Shown here one piece after another: positions 1-13,127 of a DNA stretch of 48,501 nt. The position numbers and the translations under genes are program-made. Within the stretch, counting starts at the first letter, position 1. Each line of letters starts with the position of its first letter. This stretch comes from Chiloscyllium plagiosum (lineage: Eukaryota): the NCBI RefSeq assembly GCF_004010195.1, contig NC_057720.1:19274965-19323465 (forward strand), given 5' to 3'. The notes under the pieces were generated by a model. That model was not told where the DNA came from and did not search any database. It worked only from the letters and a program-made list of their open reading frames with translations.

Positions 1-106
1 CACAACACCAGGTTATAGTCCAACAGGTTTAATTGGAAGCACACTAGCTAGTGTGCTTCCAATTAAACCTGTTGGACTATAACCTGGTGTTGTGTGATTT
101 TTAACT
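1..106. mobile_element. Penelope-like terminus, family B, as a perfect palindrome (cut by window edge)
   Basis: 1-47 is the exact reverse complement of 48-94; same sequence family as 23515-23717 and 24829-24930. Confidence 0.7.
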
Positions 107-254
107 TCAATGTTGTGCATTCAAACTTTAGTCAAGCAATGTTATGAAATTAAATGCAATAATTCTGAGAATTAGTGAGCTAACATCAGGAATAATTATT
201 AAACCTGCCAGCTTGCTGTCATAATCCAACAAGAACCAGGACCATCATTGCAGC

Positions 255-548
255 ACCACAGTGTCAGAGGTGTCATCTTTTGGATAAGGTATTTAATTAA
301 GGGCTGTCCACTCTCATATGAAGGGTGCAAAAGATTGCATGACACGGATCTGTTCTGGTTAGCATCTATCCCAGCCCACATAACAAAATATCTATGTAGT
401 CACAACATTGCCATAATGCTTTTGTGAGAGCTTCTGTGTGCAAATTGGCTGCTGCATTTCCTACATTAAAACAGTGATGCACTTCAAAACCATTTAATTG
501 GCAGTAGAGCACTTTTAGCAGTTCAATGGTGGTAAACACAAGTTTCTG
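255..548 (+). mobile_element. DeuSINE (SacSINE1/AmnSINE-like) relic; further relics at about 4585-4715, 9625-9810, 37365-37495 and 44870-45010
   Basis: TGTGTGCAAATTGGCTGCTGCATTTCCTACATT..CAGTG..CACTTCAAAA..ATTGGC matches the recalled Deu-domain consensus and recurs in the window. Confidence 0.6.
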
Positions 549-1408
549 TCTAATTGGCTTACCTACAGCCTTCAGCAAAGCAAATGTGCTATTTTTACCG
601 AGTAAACCTGACTCTGAACTTCACTCTGTGATTGGCCCTGAGTGTGCCTGGGGACACTGGGCAGTGTGATTTTGTCAAACTGTCCAGATCCCGAGAACAA
701 ATAAATCACAGTAACCTCTCATCTGGTACTGTCCCCTGGAGATCACGTGGATGTTGAATTCAATCACTCTCCCCGCTTTGTAGTTTGAAGATTAAGAAAC
801 TGTCATGTATAACAATACCACAGGAGGAATTATAATTTTGGTGGGATTGGAGTGGTAGAGAACAGACAGTCTGTCTGTCACATTCTCCATCTGGTCGCCT
901 TTCCATTGATACACTACGGATAGTAGCTATTTGACCTCAAGAAGCATCACAACCACAGCTATTTCTGACCTCATGTGCATCAAGAGCAGGTTGCCGAATG
1001 ATGATCACATTCTCTAAAACTCTCCTGCCTGACCAAAAACTAAGTGCAGCACTCTAACTCGTCAATGATTTAATCCCATCACTGAGACCAGAGTAATTTG
1101 ATTGTCAAATAATTATATAGAAACAGAAACAGCAGGAACTGTGCAGCAGATGAGAATGTAACTTGAAATGACAATTATGTTACTCTGTGTGCACAGCTGT
1201 ATTGTTGACTGGTAAAGGCAGAGGGTTAAATCCCCCAGGGGACTCTTATTTATATCCTTCAAATCCCACCATTATTTTGAAGGCCTTTTTTAAATCACCT
1301 CTAAATATAACAATGTTTGTGCAACTTGCTCTGGAGTTATTCTGGTATTTAACTTATTATTTTGTGACTGTAAATCCCAAAAGCCAAACAATAGGCTCCA
1401 CATCTGCT

Positions 1409-1561
1409 TAGGCAAAAGTGAGGACTGCAGATGCTGGAAGCCAGAGTTTAGATCAGAGTGGTGCTGGAAAAGCACAGCAGGTCAGGCAGCATCTGAGGAG
1501 CAGGAAAATCGCCGGATGCTGCCTGACCTGCTGTGCTTTTCCAGCACCACTCTGATCTAAA
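1409..1561. mobile_element. Penelope-like terminus, family A, fold-back insertion
   Basis: About 52-bp inverted arms; TSD CTCCACAT(C/T)TGCT at 1396-1408 and 1562-1574. Confidence 0.7.
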
Positions 1562-2257
1562 CTCCACATTTGCTGAGTTGAAGGTGATTAGTTTGCCATC
1601 AAGTCTGTAAAGGGAACACACCTCGATAATATGGCTTTACTGTTCTGCTGAATTAGCGATACATCATCGCAAACTTTCAGCACCATATCTTCCTTTCCAA
1701 AGATTATTGCTCAGAAGTGAACACACAATTCCAGGTGGGGCTCTAACCAAGGCTCTTTGAAACTGAAACATCACTTCTTCCCAATCTTCTCCAATACAGC
1801 AGTTATGATTCCAGTAATAAGATCACTGTATGATCATACCCCAACGTTCGCTTTATCGATACTCTCTGCCTCCTAACTCCCATTGTGATTCCCACAAATT
1901 GAATTTCCCCTTCAATGCTGTATTCAAACATTCCAGCAGGTGGTGCTGAGAAGCAGAAACCCAGCCTGATTTCCCCCCCTTCCAACCACTGGCACTGACA
2001 CCAGACAAATCGCATAGACATTCCCTGCTGCCACTATATTTAAGTTCAGCTAACCCTGCACAGAACAAAGATGGAGGCTTGACCCTTTTACTGGTCAGTA
2101 CATTCAGCAACTGAACCGAGGTGAAGAAAGGGAGGCATTTTAATTAGCTTTTACTGCACTGATCCTCCCTTTTCCTTCACTCTGCATCATGGTGTAGCTT
2201 TTCATTATATTCTGCTTTTACTATGCACAGTATAAATAGTGCACTGGTACTGTTTAC

Positions 2258-2373
2258 CTTTCTGTTAAATCGAGACGCAGTTGGTGCCCATGAGGCAATG
2301 TAATAAGCTCCAGACCTGAGCTCACTCCCATCTGCTGCTTTATTTCTTCAGAAACGTTAAATATCCTAGCAAC
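2258..2373 (-). CDS. BCAR3: BCAR3-type exon, 116 bp: VARIFNVSEEIKQQMGVSSGLELITLPHGHQLRLDLTE(R); absent from the ORF track; gene continues beyond the left edge
   Basis: Acceptor TTTCCAG|GTT; donor AG|GTAAAC; phase 0/2; conserved MGVSSGLELITLPHGHQLRLD motif of the NSP GEF-like domain. Confidence 0.95.
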
Positions 2374-2839
2374 CTGGAAAGTTCAAAGTTCAAATTTATT
2401 AGTTGTAGACAGGAAATTGCCGTTTTATTAAAAGATTTATTTTTCAATGACTAATTATATTACCACTGAAATAAAGCCAAGTGTGACCATTCCCCAAGTC
2501 AATACCCTTGTTTCAAAATTCACTGGCCTGGCACAGAATTCGAGAGCAATAAGGGGATTTAAAAAACAATGTAATCCAAGCACTCAATTCTTGAAGTATT
2601 AGGAGGGGGGAAAAGAACAAGGAGATCAAATATGAAAAACACACAGGAACATAGGAAAGCTGACTAGGTAAAGTTATCCCTCAACAATGGAATTGCAGTT
2701 TCTCTTTGCAGCTTCTTAGTGTAAAAGGACAAAAAGTTCAAACACTCATGCCTGAATAATTTATACAAACTCACCATCACTTATTCATTTAAAAAAAACA
2801 TGCAAATCAGAACAACATGTCAAAGATAAAAGGTTAGGA

Positions 2840-3865
2840 GTTACAGCACTAGAATCACAATGTGGCGACAAGTCCCTTTGGACCATCAAGTCTGCACTGA
2901 CAAAACAAAAACTACTCAATCTACATTAGTCCCACATCCCAGCACTTGGCTCCTAGCCTTGAATATAATGATATGTTAATTGCTCATCCAAGTACTTTTT
3001 AGAAATTGTGAAGTTTTCCACCTCGACCCTTCTCCCAGGCAATGCATTCTCACCACCTTCTAAAGTGAAAAAGAATTTCCTCAAATCCCTCTAAACCTCT
3101 TGCCTTTCATCTTAAAATTATGGGGAAAATCTGCTTCCTATCCACCCTATCCATACCCCCATAATCTCATACACCTCAATCAGGTGCTCTTCCAATTTTC
3201 TCTACTCTAAAGTAAACAACCCATGCTTATCCAGCCTCTCTTCACAGCAAAACTGCTCCATCCCAGGGCAACATCCCAGTGAATCTCCTCTACACTCCCT
3301 TTAATGCAAACATATCCTTCCCAGAGTGCAGTGACCAGAACTTGGCCCAGTACTCCAGCTAACCAAAATCCTTTACAGCTTCAACACGCCACAACTGACA
3401 AAAGCGAGAATCCATATGCCTTCTTTACCAGCTATTAACCTGTCCTACAGCCTTCAGGGATCTGTGGACAGGCACACCAACATCTCTCTGCCCGCTGAGC
3501 TTTCTAGTGCCCTGCCATTCATTAATTACTGCCTTGTCTTGTTACTTCTTCCAAAGTGCCTTACATTTTACAGATTTAATGCCATCTGTCACATATCCTC
3601 CTGTAACCTAAGACTTGCTTCCTCACTGTCAACAACCTAACCAATTTTTGTGTGCACAAACTTACTTCTCATCACTCTCACATTTTCTTCTATATCATTT
3701 ATATGTATCACAAACAATAAGGGATCCAGCACTCATACCACCAAGGCTGCTGTACATTGGCCTCTAGTCACTCAAACAGCCTTCGCCCAACACCCTGCCT
3801 CCTGTCACTGAGCCAATTTTAGATCCAAGTTGCCAAGATCCCCTGAATTTCCTGTGCTTTAACTT
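2840..3865 (-). mobile_element. Old CR1 LINE 3' fragment
   Basis: Degenerate reverse complement of CR1 3' ORF2/UTR seen at 28900-29480. Confidence 0.7.
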
Positions 3866-6800
3866 TCTTTCTCAGTAGCAGCTCCCAAGCACTGATGCCA
3901 GTTGTTATAAACCAGGCTTCCACATTCTGCTCAGTGACCATTCTGCTATAGTAGCTGCACACAGCTACATTTCAGACCACACATTAGCATGCCCTGCTCG
4001 GGGAGTTGGTGAAACCCCATCACTTCACTCTCAGCATGGACTTCACAACTGATGGGTTGCTTTCGAAATGCACTCGTTGTCCCTTATTGACAAACATAGC
4101 ATCCATTTCACACACAACAAACTCCCCCAAACCAATGAGATCACTGAAGCTGCCGGGAATTGTGACTAAAAATGAATATTCATTCAAATTCAGGAGCACC
4201 TCCTCCATTCATCAAGACAGAATCCTTGCAACTTTTAACATCCACTTAAACAGGAAGGTGGGACCTTAAGATCCCTCTGTTAACATAACATTCTCCCAAT
4301 GCTACAGTGAGATGTTAGTGTACATTACACATTCTGTGATTGTGAATCTAGAGCCTTCTGACTTAAAAACACAAATTGTACCACCAAACCAAACTGACAC
4401 TTGTAGCATACAGATAAAAAATGTAGATAGCCCTTTACTTTGTAACTCATCTGTAAGTTTATGTTCTTGACTGATGAGCCCATATAAATTATTGTTGGAA
4501 GCTCCAAGTTAATGAATGTTAAATTTCAACACGTACTGAAAAGAACTGTGTGTCTGCAGATTATCTGGTTCTTATCCTATTGCTGATTGTGGGATCATTC
4601 TGTGCATGGTTTAGCTAATACCGTTCCTAAATGTTGCAATATGGTTGGGTCGATTATTAGCTATGAAGTCCTTTGGGATGTCCTTAGGTTCTGAAAGATG
4701 CTTTTTTAATTTCAGTCTGTGTCGGTTATAATTTAAAAGAGCTGATGTCCTTGCAGTATAATCTGGCATTATAACAGTGGAAAGACTGGTCAGCCATAAA
4801 TTGAATGAACTCTTTGAAATAGTCTACTTTTATAGTATAACATTATATTAAAGTCCAGGCTCTGACAAGAGACAGTGCTGCATCAGGTCCACATTTTGTG
4901 CTTCCATTCACTGCTGTTAAATTTCCGCAATGCCAGTGGTTGAGGTCTGGATTTCAAAAGCTGCAATTATTTCCGTTCAAATCTATCATAATCCAATACA
5001 ATGCCAGAACAAATTCTGAGGGCTGAATGGCCTACTTTTTTTTAAATTCCCAGTTACATTACAGATTGCTGACAATAGCAAGCAGTTAGAAACAAACAGT
5101 TTAGAATGTTTCCTATAATTTGAGGCTGGAATTTGAAACAAGGCCCATGCACAACGACTGAGCGCAGTGATTACTGATTTCATTTTAGTGGAAGCATTAG
5201 TCTATTGAATTTAACTGGGTTAGCACCTTCAATAAAATAGCACGAAGCATTTGTGCAATTATTACCACCAGCAGTTGCCAAGATTTAACTCCAAAGCTGT
5301 ATTTCAAAGCATGTGGTATTAATAAGCTCGAGTCACCCAGAGAGAATGGGGAACATTCTGACTTTGTGCATTAGTCTAAGATGAATAACAGTGACTTGAC
5401 ATCACTCCATCTTGAATGGCAATAAAAACTGGGAGAGATGCAAATTACTGACTTGCAATCCTTCTGTTGTATGCATGTCAAAATTACCTCCATTGAATCC
5501 AAATGCTAAAATACCACAGGATATTCAACTTTGCTGTGGGTGTAACAGAGAGTTAGATACTGCTAAAAAACAGGAGATGAAAGTTGTAGATCAGCACTTA
5601 TGCCAGAAAAATTTGCACTCACATTTGTGTCTAAAATGGAAGTTGTATCAAAATGCATAAAATTTGATCCATTTGGTAAAATATACTTATTACATACAGA
5701 AGTCAGGAATTTCCAAATTTACCTTCAGGATAAACAAAGGTAGAGAATTTTCAGGGATTTGCTGTGTTTGGTCCTCACTGGGTTTTTCCAGCCAATGGGT
5801 GTCTGTTTGGCAACTATATTTGGGCTGCCATATTTTCATACATATATAAACAAGGCAAATATATTGCCCTGTATTTCCTAGCAAACCTTTAGTGAGGGGT
5901 GCTTGCCTACCCCTAGTGGGCACAGAAGACTTTTTAAGATGAAATAGCCTTGAGGCCTGTGTCAGCTACTGACTAGCTCTGCTACAGGTGGACAACTTTG
6001 CAAGACAAGGCATGTAATCCGTATGACTGAAATATTAACTGATCAGTCACTGTAAGCCAGTAGACCAGTGGCTTCAGTTTGGAGTTGCCCTTGAACCATG
6101 CAGAGATTATAGCCAAGGATTTTCTACGTTGAGCCTTTCACGATGTATTTCATCATGACCCTGGAGTGTGGCATTGTGAACACACCCAGAGGGCACCTTT
6201 CTGTTACTGGTCTGTGCCAATCATCTCTCCGCCTCTGGGGGTTGTCAACACTGTGTGGCCACTCTTCCAAGTCAGCAGATAGTAGCCTTGACTACAGTTC
6301 TCTCAGCAGTGGACCCCCAGCTGGAAATGCTGGAAGATCCCAGCTATGTCCATTCTACTGAATTTTCTTCTCCAACTATCCCACCATCATCCTGCAGATA
6401 ATGGAGTGGCGCTTCTTGAATGGTTAAGTACAACAGTGAATCCTGCATTGTTAGACACCTGAACGGCCACATTCTTTCGATCTGTCTATTCTTCATCCTA
6501 AGCGACACCAAGCAGCCTTTACACCAATGCTTGAATAAACCTTCAGTTTTGGGAAGTTTGAAAAATAGATCATTACGAAAAGGCAAACGGCTGAAAGTAT
6601 TTAACCAAACTGATTCTACCTTTGAGGACATTTTGCCATTGTTCCGATGTTACAGTTACATTTGAGAGTCAGATCATTTACTGGAGAGACAGCCACCATT
6701 GAACACTTGAATTTCAGCTAATTGGCAATAAAGGAAAGGAATCACTTTTTCTCAGAACAGGGCTGAAGTGGGATACTTGATCAGACGACTGTTAGTGTGC

Positions 6801-7213
6801 TGAGTTTACCTCCCCCGCCACTACGTGTTTCTGTTCTGAAAACGTTATTAATTACAAACATTGTGTTTTAATTATCTGTTTCTCCAAACTCAGCATTTCA
6901 GTGGGATGAACCACTCGGAGCTGGATACTGTTAGGCTCACAGCATGTCGAAAATGCCAATGTCTGCATGGACTGATTCTCTATCACTGTAAACTTCCTGG
7001 GAAGCTTTGTGCCTGAAAACTAATCAGGGAGCTATTTGTGACACAAAAATTACTATAAATATCACTGTTTCAAAGATAAACCTATATCTACTCCCTTCTA
7101 TGGAGAATTGGCAAGTGTTCTGCCTGCGCAGCAGACTGCTCTTACATTTTGTTACCTACATTAGCAGGGGTCATGTGAGATTCAACTCTTCCCTATTCAG
7201 AAAACCCTACCTA

Positions 7214-7535
7214 GGGTGGCACGGTGGCTCAGTGGTTAGCACTGCTGCCTCACAGCGCTAGGGGCCCGAGTTCTATTCCAGCTTCAGACGACTGTCTGTG
7301 CGGAATTTGCATATTCTCCCCGTGTCTGCGTGAATTTCCTCCGTTTTCCTCCCACAGTCCAAAGATGTGCAGGTTAGGTCAATTGACCATGCTAAATTGC
7401 CCATAGTGTTCAGAGATGTGTAGGTTAGGGGTAAAAGTAGAGTAATGGGGAAAGGGTTTGGGTGGGATACTCTTTGGAGGGTTGGTGTGGACTTGTAGGG
7501 CCGAAGGCCCTGTTTCCACACTGTAGGGAATCTAA
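7214..7535 (+). mobile_element. HE1-type tRNA-derived V-SINE
   Basis: A box TGGCTCAGTGG, B-box-like GAGTTCTATTCC, V-domain TTCCTCCCACAGTCCAAAGA, CR1-like tail GGGCCGAAGG..CTGTAGGGA. Confidence 0.85.
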
Positions 7536-8852
7536 AAGAAAAGAAACAGCAAACCATTATCTACAGGATATTTGAAGGAGAAGTTTCCTACATGCTACTG
7601 TTTCATCATGTCTAAACAATCTGCACTGGTTGTTGGGGAGGGGAATGATTTATACAAGAGTTTTTGATTTACCCACTGGAATATGGATTAGTGAAAATCA
7701 CAGGTAAAGTGGACATATTATGCTGGAGTATATGGACACTGGGCTCTGGCCTTTAAAAGTGGGAGCACAGCCTACACACCTCAGAGATGGGAACAAGCAG
7801 GTCAGAAAAAAGATGCATTTGGCCCACTCACTTAACTCTCAGGTAGCTTCACTCCATGTGTTATCAGTCCATTTAAGGAACCTTGCAGGATCCTCTGGGG
7901 CAAACAGCAAAAACAAGGCAGCAGCGCATGGCGAGATACAAAGGAAACAGAATGTTCCCATTTCTGAATCTCTAAGTGAATGAATAACTCCAGAGTGTCT
8001 GCGCCAGGCATCAGTTGTGTCAACCGGAGGGAGTTGCAGTGGGACTGAATAGCAAATCTTTCCCACCACCCCATTCCAGAATTGATGGACAACACTGTGG
8101 ATGACCATTTTTTCAGTCTTAGAAAACATCCTGTGCTGATTATGCACTGCACGAGTAAGTTAAAGTGTTTTCTAAAGCATGCCACCAATAAATACTATTG
8201 GTTTCCAAATGTCATGCCTTACAGTCAGTTAGATATCAGGGAGCAATGCACTGACCTATCAGTTTATTTATTAACACTTTCCACCAGCTACTTCACACTC
8301 TGAAGGATTCACACAGCGGTTGCCTGTACTGTTTGATACGCGTCCAATATCCTGCTTATCCGACTTATGTGATGTGGTTGCCCCTCCCAGGAAACATTTT
8401 CTCATTTAATTCTAAGAATACAAAGGGGGTTTATACACTTCAATGTTCTTACGTCTTGCAAAAGGATCTAACAAAAGGTGTTACATTTGGGCTTTGTAGT
8501 GATTCCAACTGTTGTAAAAAATAATAGAAGCATCAGATAGAAAATGTCAGATACTTTCCACAATGAGGATTTCAGTGATTGACCTCAAAATGATCAGCAT
8601 ACTCGTCATTCCTTCATCTACCATCACTGTGTCCCTAACTCCTGTATTCATACAACCCACAACCAATGGGGGCAAATTATTTTAAAATTATCATACAAAT
8701 GACATCTTCTTGAAAACATCCAGCTGACACTTTATGCAGCCTTCCTGACTCGCAGAGTGTTGCATTTAATACTTGAACATGTAACTGGTAAAGTTAGATA
8801 CAATTATGCAACTTTACAAATCTATGATGTGAACTGTAACACAAATTCTTAC

Positions 8853-9580
8853 CTGGCAGTCCACTTTAAGGATGTGCTTGGCAATAGTTGAAGGGTCATT
8901 ATTGGCAAACAGTTCTTTAACACGTCTGATCACCCACGTTTCTAAGGGCTTGTTGTCAGGGTGAAGCAGTTTGGATTTGAAGTCATTGGGTTTAAAGCAA
9001 GAGATGTTCCCAAGGGAGGGTGCAATGAAGACTGGATCACTGGCCTTTTCCTCATCTTCAGCAGAAGAGACTGTGAACTGGAATGGGCTCTCGTCCGAAA
9101 TGCTGAGGACTGAGTTGGCTCTTTGGAAGGAGATCTTTGCTGCTTCCTCAGTGTTTAGTCTTTCTACAAAGCTGTCAGGCTGGAATAAGTATGGGTCTGT
9201 CCCGGCCTGCTCCACTGAGGCATCATCTTTTAGTTCAGTATAATGACTGCCCCTTTCTGGGCTACCAGCACTCATCTTACCGTACTTGCCTCTATCAGAG
9301 TTGTTCATTAATGAAGGGGCATGCGGCATTCTCAGTGAGGATACCTTGCTGGGCTTTGGAGGTGGTTTGGGGTAGAGTTGACTATCAGACCCTCTCAGTG
9401 CTTCCCCCGCTTGAAATTCCAAAGTGGGGCTTCGGGTGAATGTTGGGCTGAGAGCAGGCTCACTGCCTGTTCGAAACACTTGGGGCTTGATACATGCAGT
9501 TCCCTCCATTACTTTATGCTGCTGTTGCTGAGGTCGGTGCGGTAGCTGTTGTTGCTGTTGTTGGAGCGGAGCTTTCATTC
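8853..9580 (-). CDS. BCAR3: BCAR3-type exon, 728 bp: Pro/Ser-rich linker with poly-Q and start of the CDC25-homology (GEF-like, Cas-binding) domain
   Basis: Acceptor CACAG|GA; donor CAG|GTAAGA; phase 1/0; motifs RTGSEPALSP, GEALRGSDSQL.PKPPPKP and F.SKLL.P.NKPLE. Confidence 0.95.
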
Positions 9581-10748
9581 CTGTGAGTAAATAAGAAATG
9601 GTGCAGTAGATTAGGATCCACTAACAGTCAGTGTTAGCTCCAGCTCAAAGGATGCCAGTGTGCCTCTGAGTCAGACATTGCAGGGGGTACAAAGAGAGTG
9701 CTACAGTGTCACATCTGCTGGGTTAGGGCTGAAATTTTCTACCCATCTGCCCTCAAAGGTGGACATTAAAAAAATCCAAAGCACTATTTCAAAGAAGAGA
9801 GGGGAACTATTGTACAAATTCAGATTCTTCCTTCTGTGAGATTTACAGAAATTTCCCATTTTAGGAAAGAGATAGATTCCTGAAACCCACTACTTAAAAC
9901 AAAGCAGATTTTCCCATTATGATTGCATGTAATATCAGGCAATGCATTCCCAATTCAAGATTTTTTTTGAGCCCAATACATCAGCTCGAAGTAAACAAAA
10001 TACCATGTAAATAGATCTTTTACTATTCCAATAATGCAGCAAAGAGCCAAAGTGAAGGTGCTTCTTTCCCCTGACTACTTTAAAATGAAATCACAAAATA
10101 CATCCTCACAACGTAGTCGGTATATATTTGCAAGATTGATTTCTCCACTGCAGTTAATTTGTTTTATCCCTAAAAGTGACCTGTCAGTGCTGGGAAGACC
10201 AAAACCTGTACTGAAAGTTTGAGAGAATGGGGAAGCAACCTATTTGGAGATTCAGCCAGCTGGTAGGTATGCAGACTGTTACCAAAAGACTTTTGCACTC
10301 TGTTCCCAAAATACTTTACAATGCGATAAGACGGTATTGGTGAATAAACGAGTAGTAATTTTTTAAACTACTTAATAACGAACCTGCTCCATTTGACACT
10401 ACTTAAAAGGGGAGCATTGCTGCATTTAAAAATTACAGGCGAATGTTTGACTTGCATTAAACATTTCGGTTCTGTAACTGGTATACAAGGCAACAACTAT
10501 AATATGAACATCTACTAGTGTTAATTATGGAAGGACAGCAGACACAGGTTAATTCACCAAGAAATGGCTCAAATGATAAAACACCAAAACTTTGCTCGCT
10601 ACTTTTGGTACAATATTGAAGCAACAGTGACCACTGAATAAGGTAAGAAACTCGGTAAACACGGCACAGGCATTTTAAAATGAGGAACAAAAAGCTTCAA
10701 TGTCTTTCTATTGTAAAGTCTTTGAAGATGGGACTGATTCAAACTCAC

Positions 10749-10849
10749 CCAAAGGAAGGTAACTTTCCGATTGATGAGATTTCAAGGGTAGGCGTCTATC
10801 CTGGACATAGTCAAGACTTGCAGGCTGGCTCCCACTCTTGTCTTTATTC
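10749..10849 (-). CDS. BCAR3: BCAR3-type exon, 101 bp: (R)NKDKSGSQPASLDYVQDRRLPLKSHQSESYLPL(G)
   Basis: Acceptor CACAATAG|G; donor G|GTGAGT; phase 2/1 fits both neighbouring exons; GSQPA and HQSESYLP motifs of BCAR3. Confidence 0.95.
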
Positions 10850-11210
10850 CTATTGTGACAGAGAAAAGAAAAGCTTTTAAAAACCTGTAAATCTATCACC
10901 AGATGGTGCTTTAAACATTTGCCGATCTAATGCATAGAGATACAAGTACTTTTTGGCAGAATCCTTCCTTTGCTGACACCTTATGTACTTGGACAGTGCC
11001 AAGTACAGGCACCTGAAGACAAAAGGGACTGCTAAACTACCTAGAAGAACATAAATATACTGAATCGCCATGTTATAACTGAAGGAATTCCACATAGGAT
11101 GTAAAGCAAATATCGGGATGGGAAGAAGAAACCATCAACTTAACCTGGTGTACATACTCACTTAAAACAGCTCCAGGGACATTTAATCCCCAAGGTCAAA
11201 GATGGGAAAG

Positions 11211-11218
11211 TGACGTCA
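11211..11218. promoter_or_regulatory. Perfect palindromic CRE (TGACGTCA) with adjacent CCAAGGTCA nuclear-receptor site (11190-11198)
   Basis: Motifs read directly in unique intronic DNA; function not demonstrated. Confidence 0.3.
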
Positions 11219-12094
11219 TTTTAAAATGCTACAGCGATACAATTTTTTTCAAGGACAAAGGTCGCACACATAATGTTGGAAACGACTGGAAAAGTAGAGA
11301 GTCAATAATTAACACACAGTAGTCTGGTTTTAACTGGACTATACAGGGGATTATACAAATGAGGTATGTATGAGCTTCCTTGTACAAAAGTGAATTGAGA
11401 AGCTGATGGTAAAGAACTGGACAGGAAGAGCCCTGGCAATAAATAGTTTCGCCTGTTCACTTAGCTTGAGGTAATAAACTCGAATTCATCAAGACCATGA
11501 AGAGCACAAGCTGTCCTGTTTCATTTCAATTCTATCAGTTTTATTTGTTACATTTCTTAATGGTCTTATATACAAAGGTGCTAAACAGAGCTTGATGATC
11601 TTAAAAACCTTTCACACTTTCCCAACTGGTCTAAGCAAAGAAAACAGTATAATTAATAAAATTGCTGAAAAAGAGAGAAATGCCATCTGGCACTCGCCCG
11701 GACTATTGGAAGAGGGGAAGGGGTGCTGAATCTCATGCTGTAAAATTCCTTTTCCCATGCAGTATAAATTATTGTTCCTTTTGGAATTTGGTACTCTTGC
11801 GTCTGTCCTGAGGAGTGCAAAATGAAAAGCTTCAATAGAATGTCTCGTTTCTCAGCAATACTCCAGTGGCTGTTAATAAATATCTTTCACTTGGAAGGTT
11901 TGAGACACCATCAAATAAAAGAGGAAGAAAAATGTTCAAGGACACAGGGGAAGAGAAGGCAAATTGGACTAGAGTAGATAGCCTAATTTTATTAATTTTG
12001 TCCTATTGTGTTAGGAGCTCCACTTCTACTCATAATAATATGGGACCTTCATAGGGGTAGTTTGGTAGCAGTTCCCCAACCCCTGACCGCTTGA

Positions 12095-12228
12095 AGTCCC
12101 GATGAAGGGTCATGTCCGAAACGTCAACTCTCCTGCTTCTCAGATGCTGCCTGACCTGCTGTGCTATTTCCAGCGCCACACTCTATCTATACTGACTGTT
12201 CAGCATCTGCAGTCCCCACTATCTCCCA
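12095..12228 (+). mobile_element. Family A Penelope-like terminus with degenerate hammerhead (CCGATGA...GAAACGTC, 12099-12125)
   Basis: Shares GATGCTGCCTGACCTGCTG...CAGCATCTGCAGTCC with the other family A copies. Confidence 0.6.
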
Positions 12229-13127
12229 CTTGTCATTCTCAGCAAGCCATCTGCTGATTGTGCATCTCAATTCCCCACTACTTCCTCCACCACCCCTCAC
12301 TGCCTACTGCTAAAACTGGGACTGCAGAGGAGGGACAGGTGGTGGTGGTGGGTTGGGGGTGGAGGGGGGAGGCATGACCAATGAGAACACTGTCTGCACG
12401 GTGCATCCACTTAACATCGATCTCATGAAGCCAAACACAACAAATCCCAAACAGGAAACCATTCAAATGTCCAACCAGCAACACAGTTTCTTTAAGTGGA
12501 AAGCTCGTTTGGTGGCTATGTTTAAAATACACAGGGTTATTTTTATACTGGATTTTTAAAAGCTACCTCTGTGCCAATTGCTGTTCTGAGAGTTTTAACC
12601 CTGAACTAAAAAGGTAGTGGAGTACTCCTCATCAAAGCCAGCAGAAAGTCTCCGCACATCATGCAGTGCAGCTGTCAGATTAAATTTTATATATTGCTGT
12701 TAAACAGGGAAAAATCTCTAACTTAAATCTTAATTTTTTTATTCATTCGCGGAATCAAGCATTGTTGACCATGTCAGCATTTATTGCCAATCCCTAATTG
12801 CCCAGGAGTCGGTTAAGAGTCTATCAAGTTGCTATGGGTCTGGAGTTACATGTAGACCAGACCACGTAAGGGTGGCAGTTTCCTTCCTTAAAGGACATAA
12901 GTGAACATAGGTTTCTCTGACAAAAAAAAAATTGGATTCATGGTCATCATTAGACTCCTAATTCCAGATTTTTATGGAATTCAAATTCCACCATCTGCCG
13001 TGGCGAGATTTGAACCTGGGTCCCCGGACCAAGGTCTCCAGATTAACAGTCCAGTCACAATACAACTCAGCCATCACCTCCCTTTAATTTGCTGTGGTTA
13101 ATGAATTATTTCTATCCAGACACCTAC

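Noticed and set aside
366..578. IDILLCGLG as the next GEF-domain exon (expected ..AVDILGC..)
   Set aside because: Lies in a DeuSINE relic, has no matching flanking residues and is followed by a stop; the next exon is probably outside the window.
6344..6665. 95-aa and 81-aa ORFs in unique intronic DNA
   Set aside because: No recognisable homology, and no phase-compatible splice sites were found.
7214..7290. tRNA gene (A and B boxes), also at the other SINE heads
   Set aside because: Continues directly into the V-domain and LINE-derived tail; it is a SINE head, not a cloverleaf tRNA gene.
8971..9439. Plus-strand ORFs over the large exon (also 13238-13672)
   Set aside because: Antisense shadows of real coding exons.
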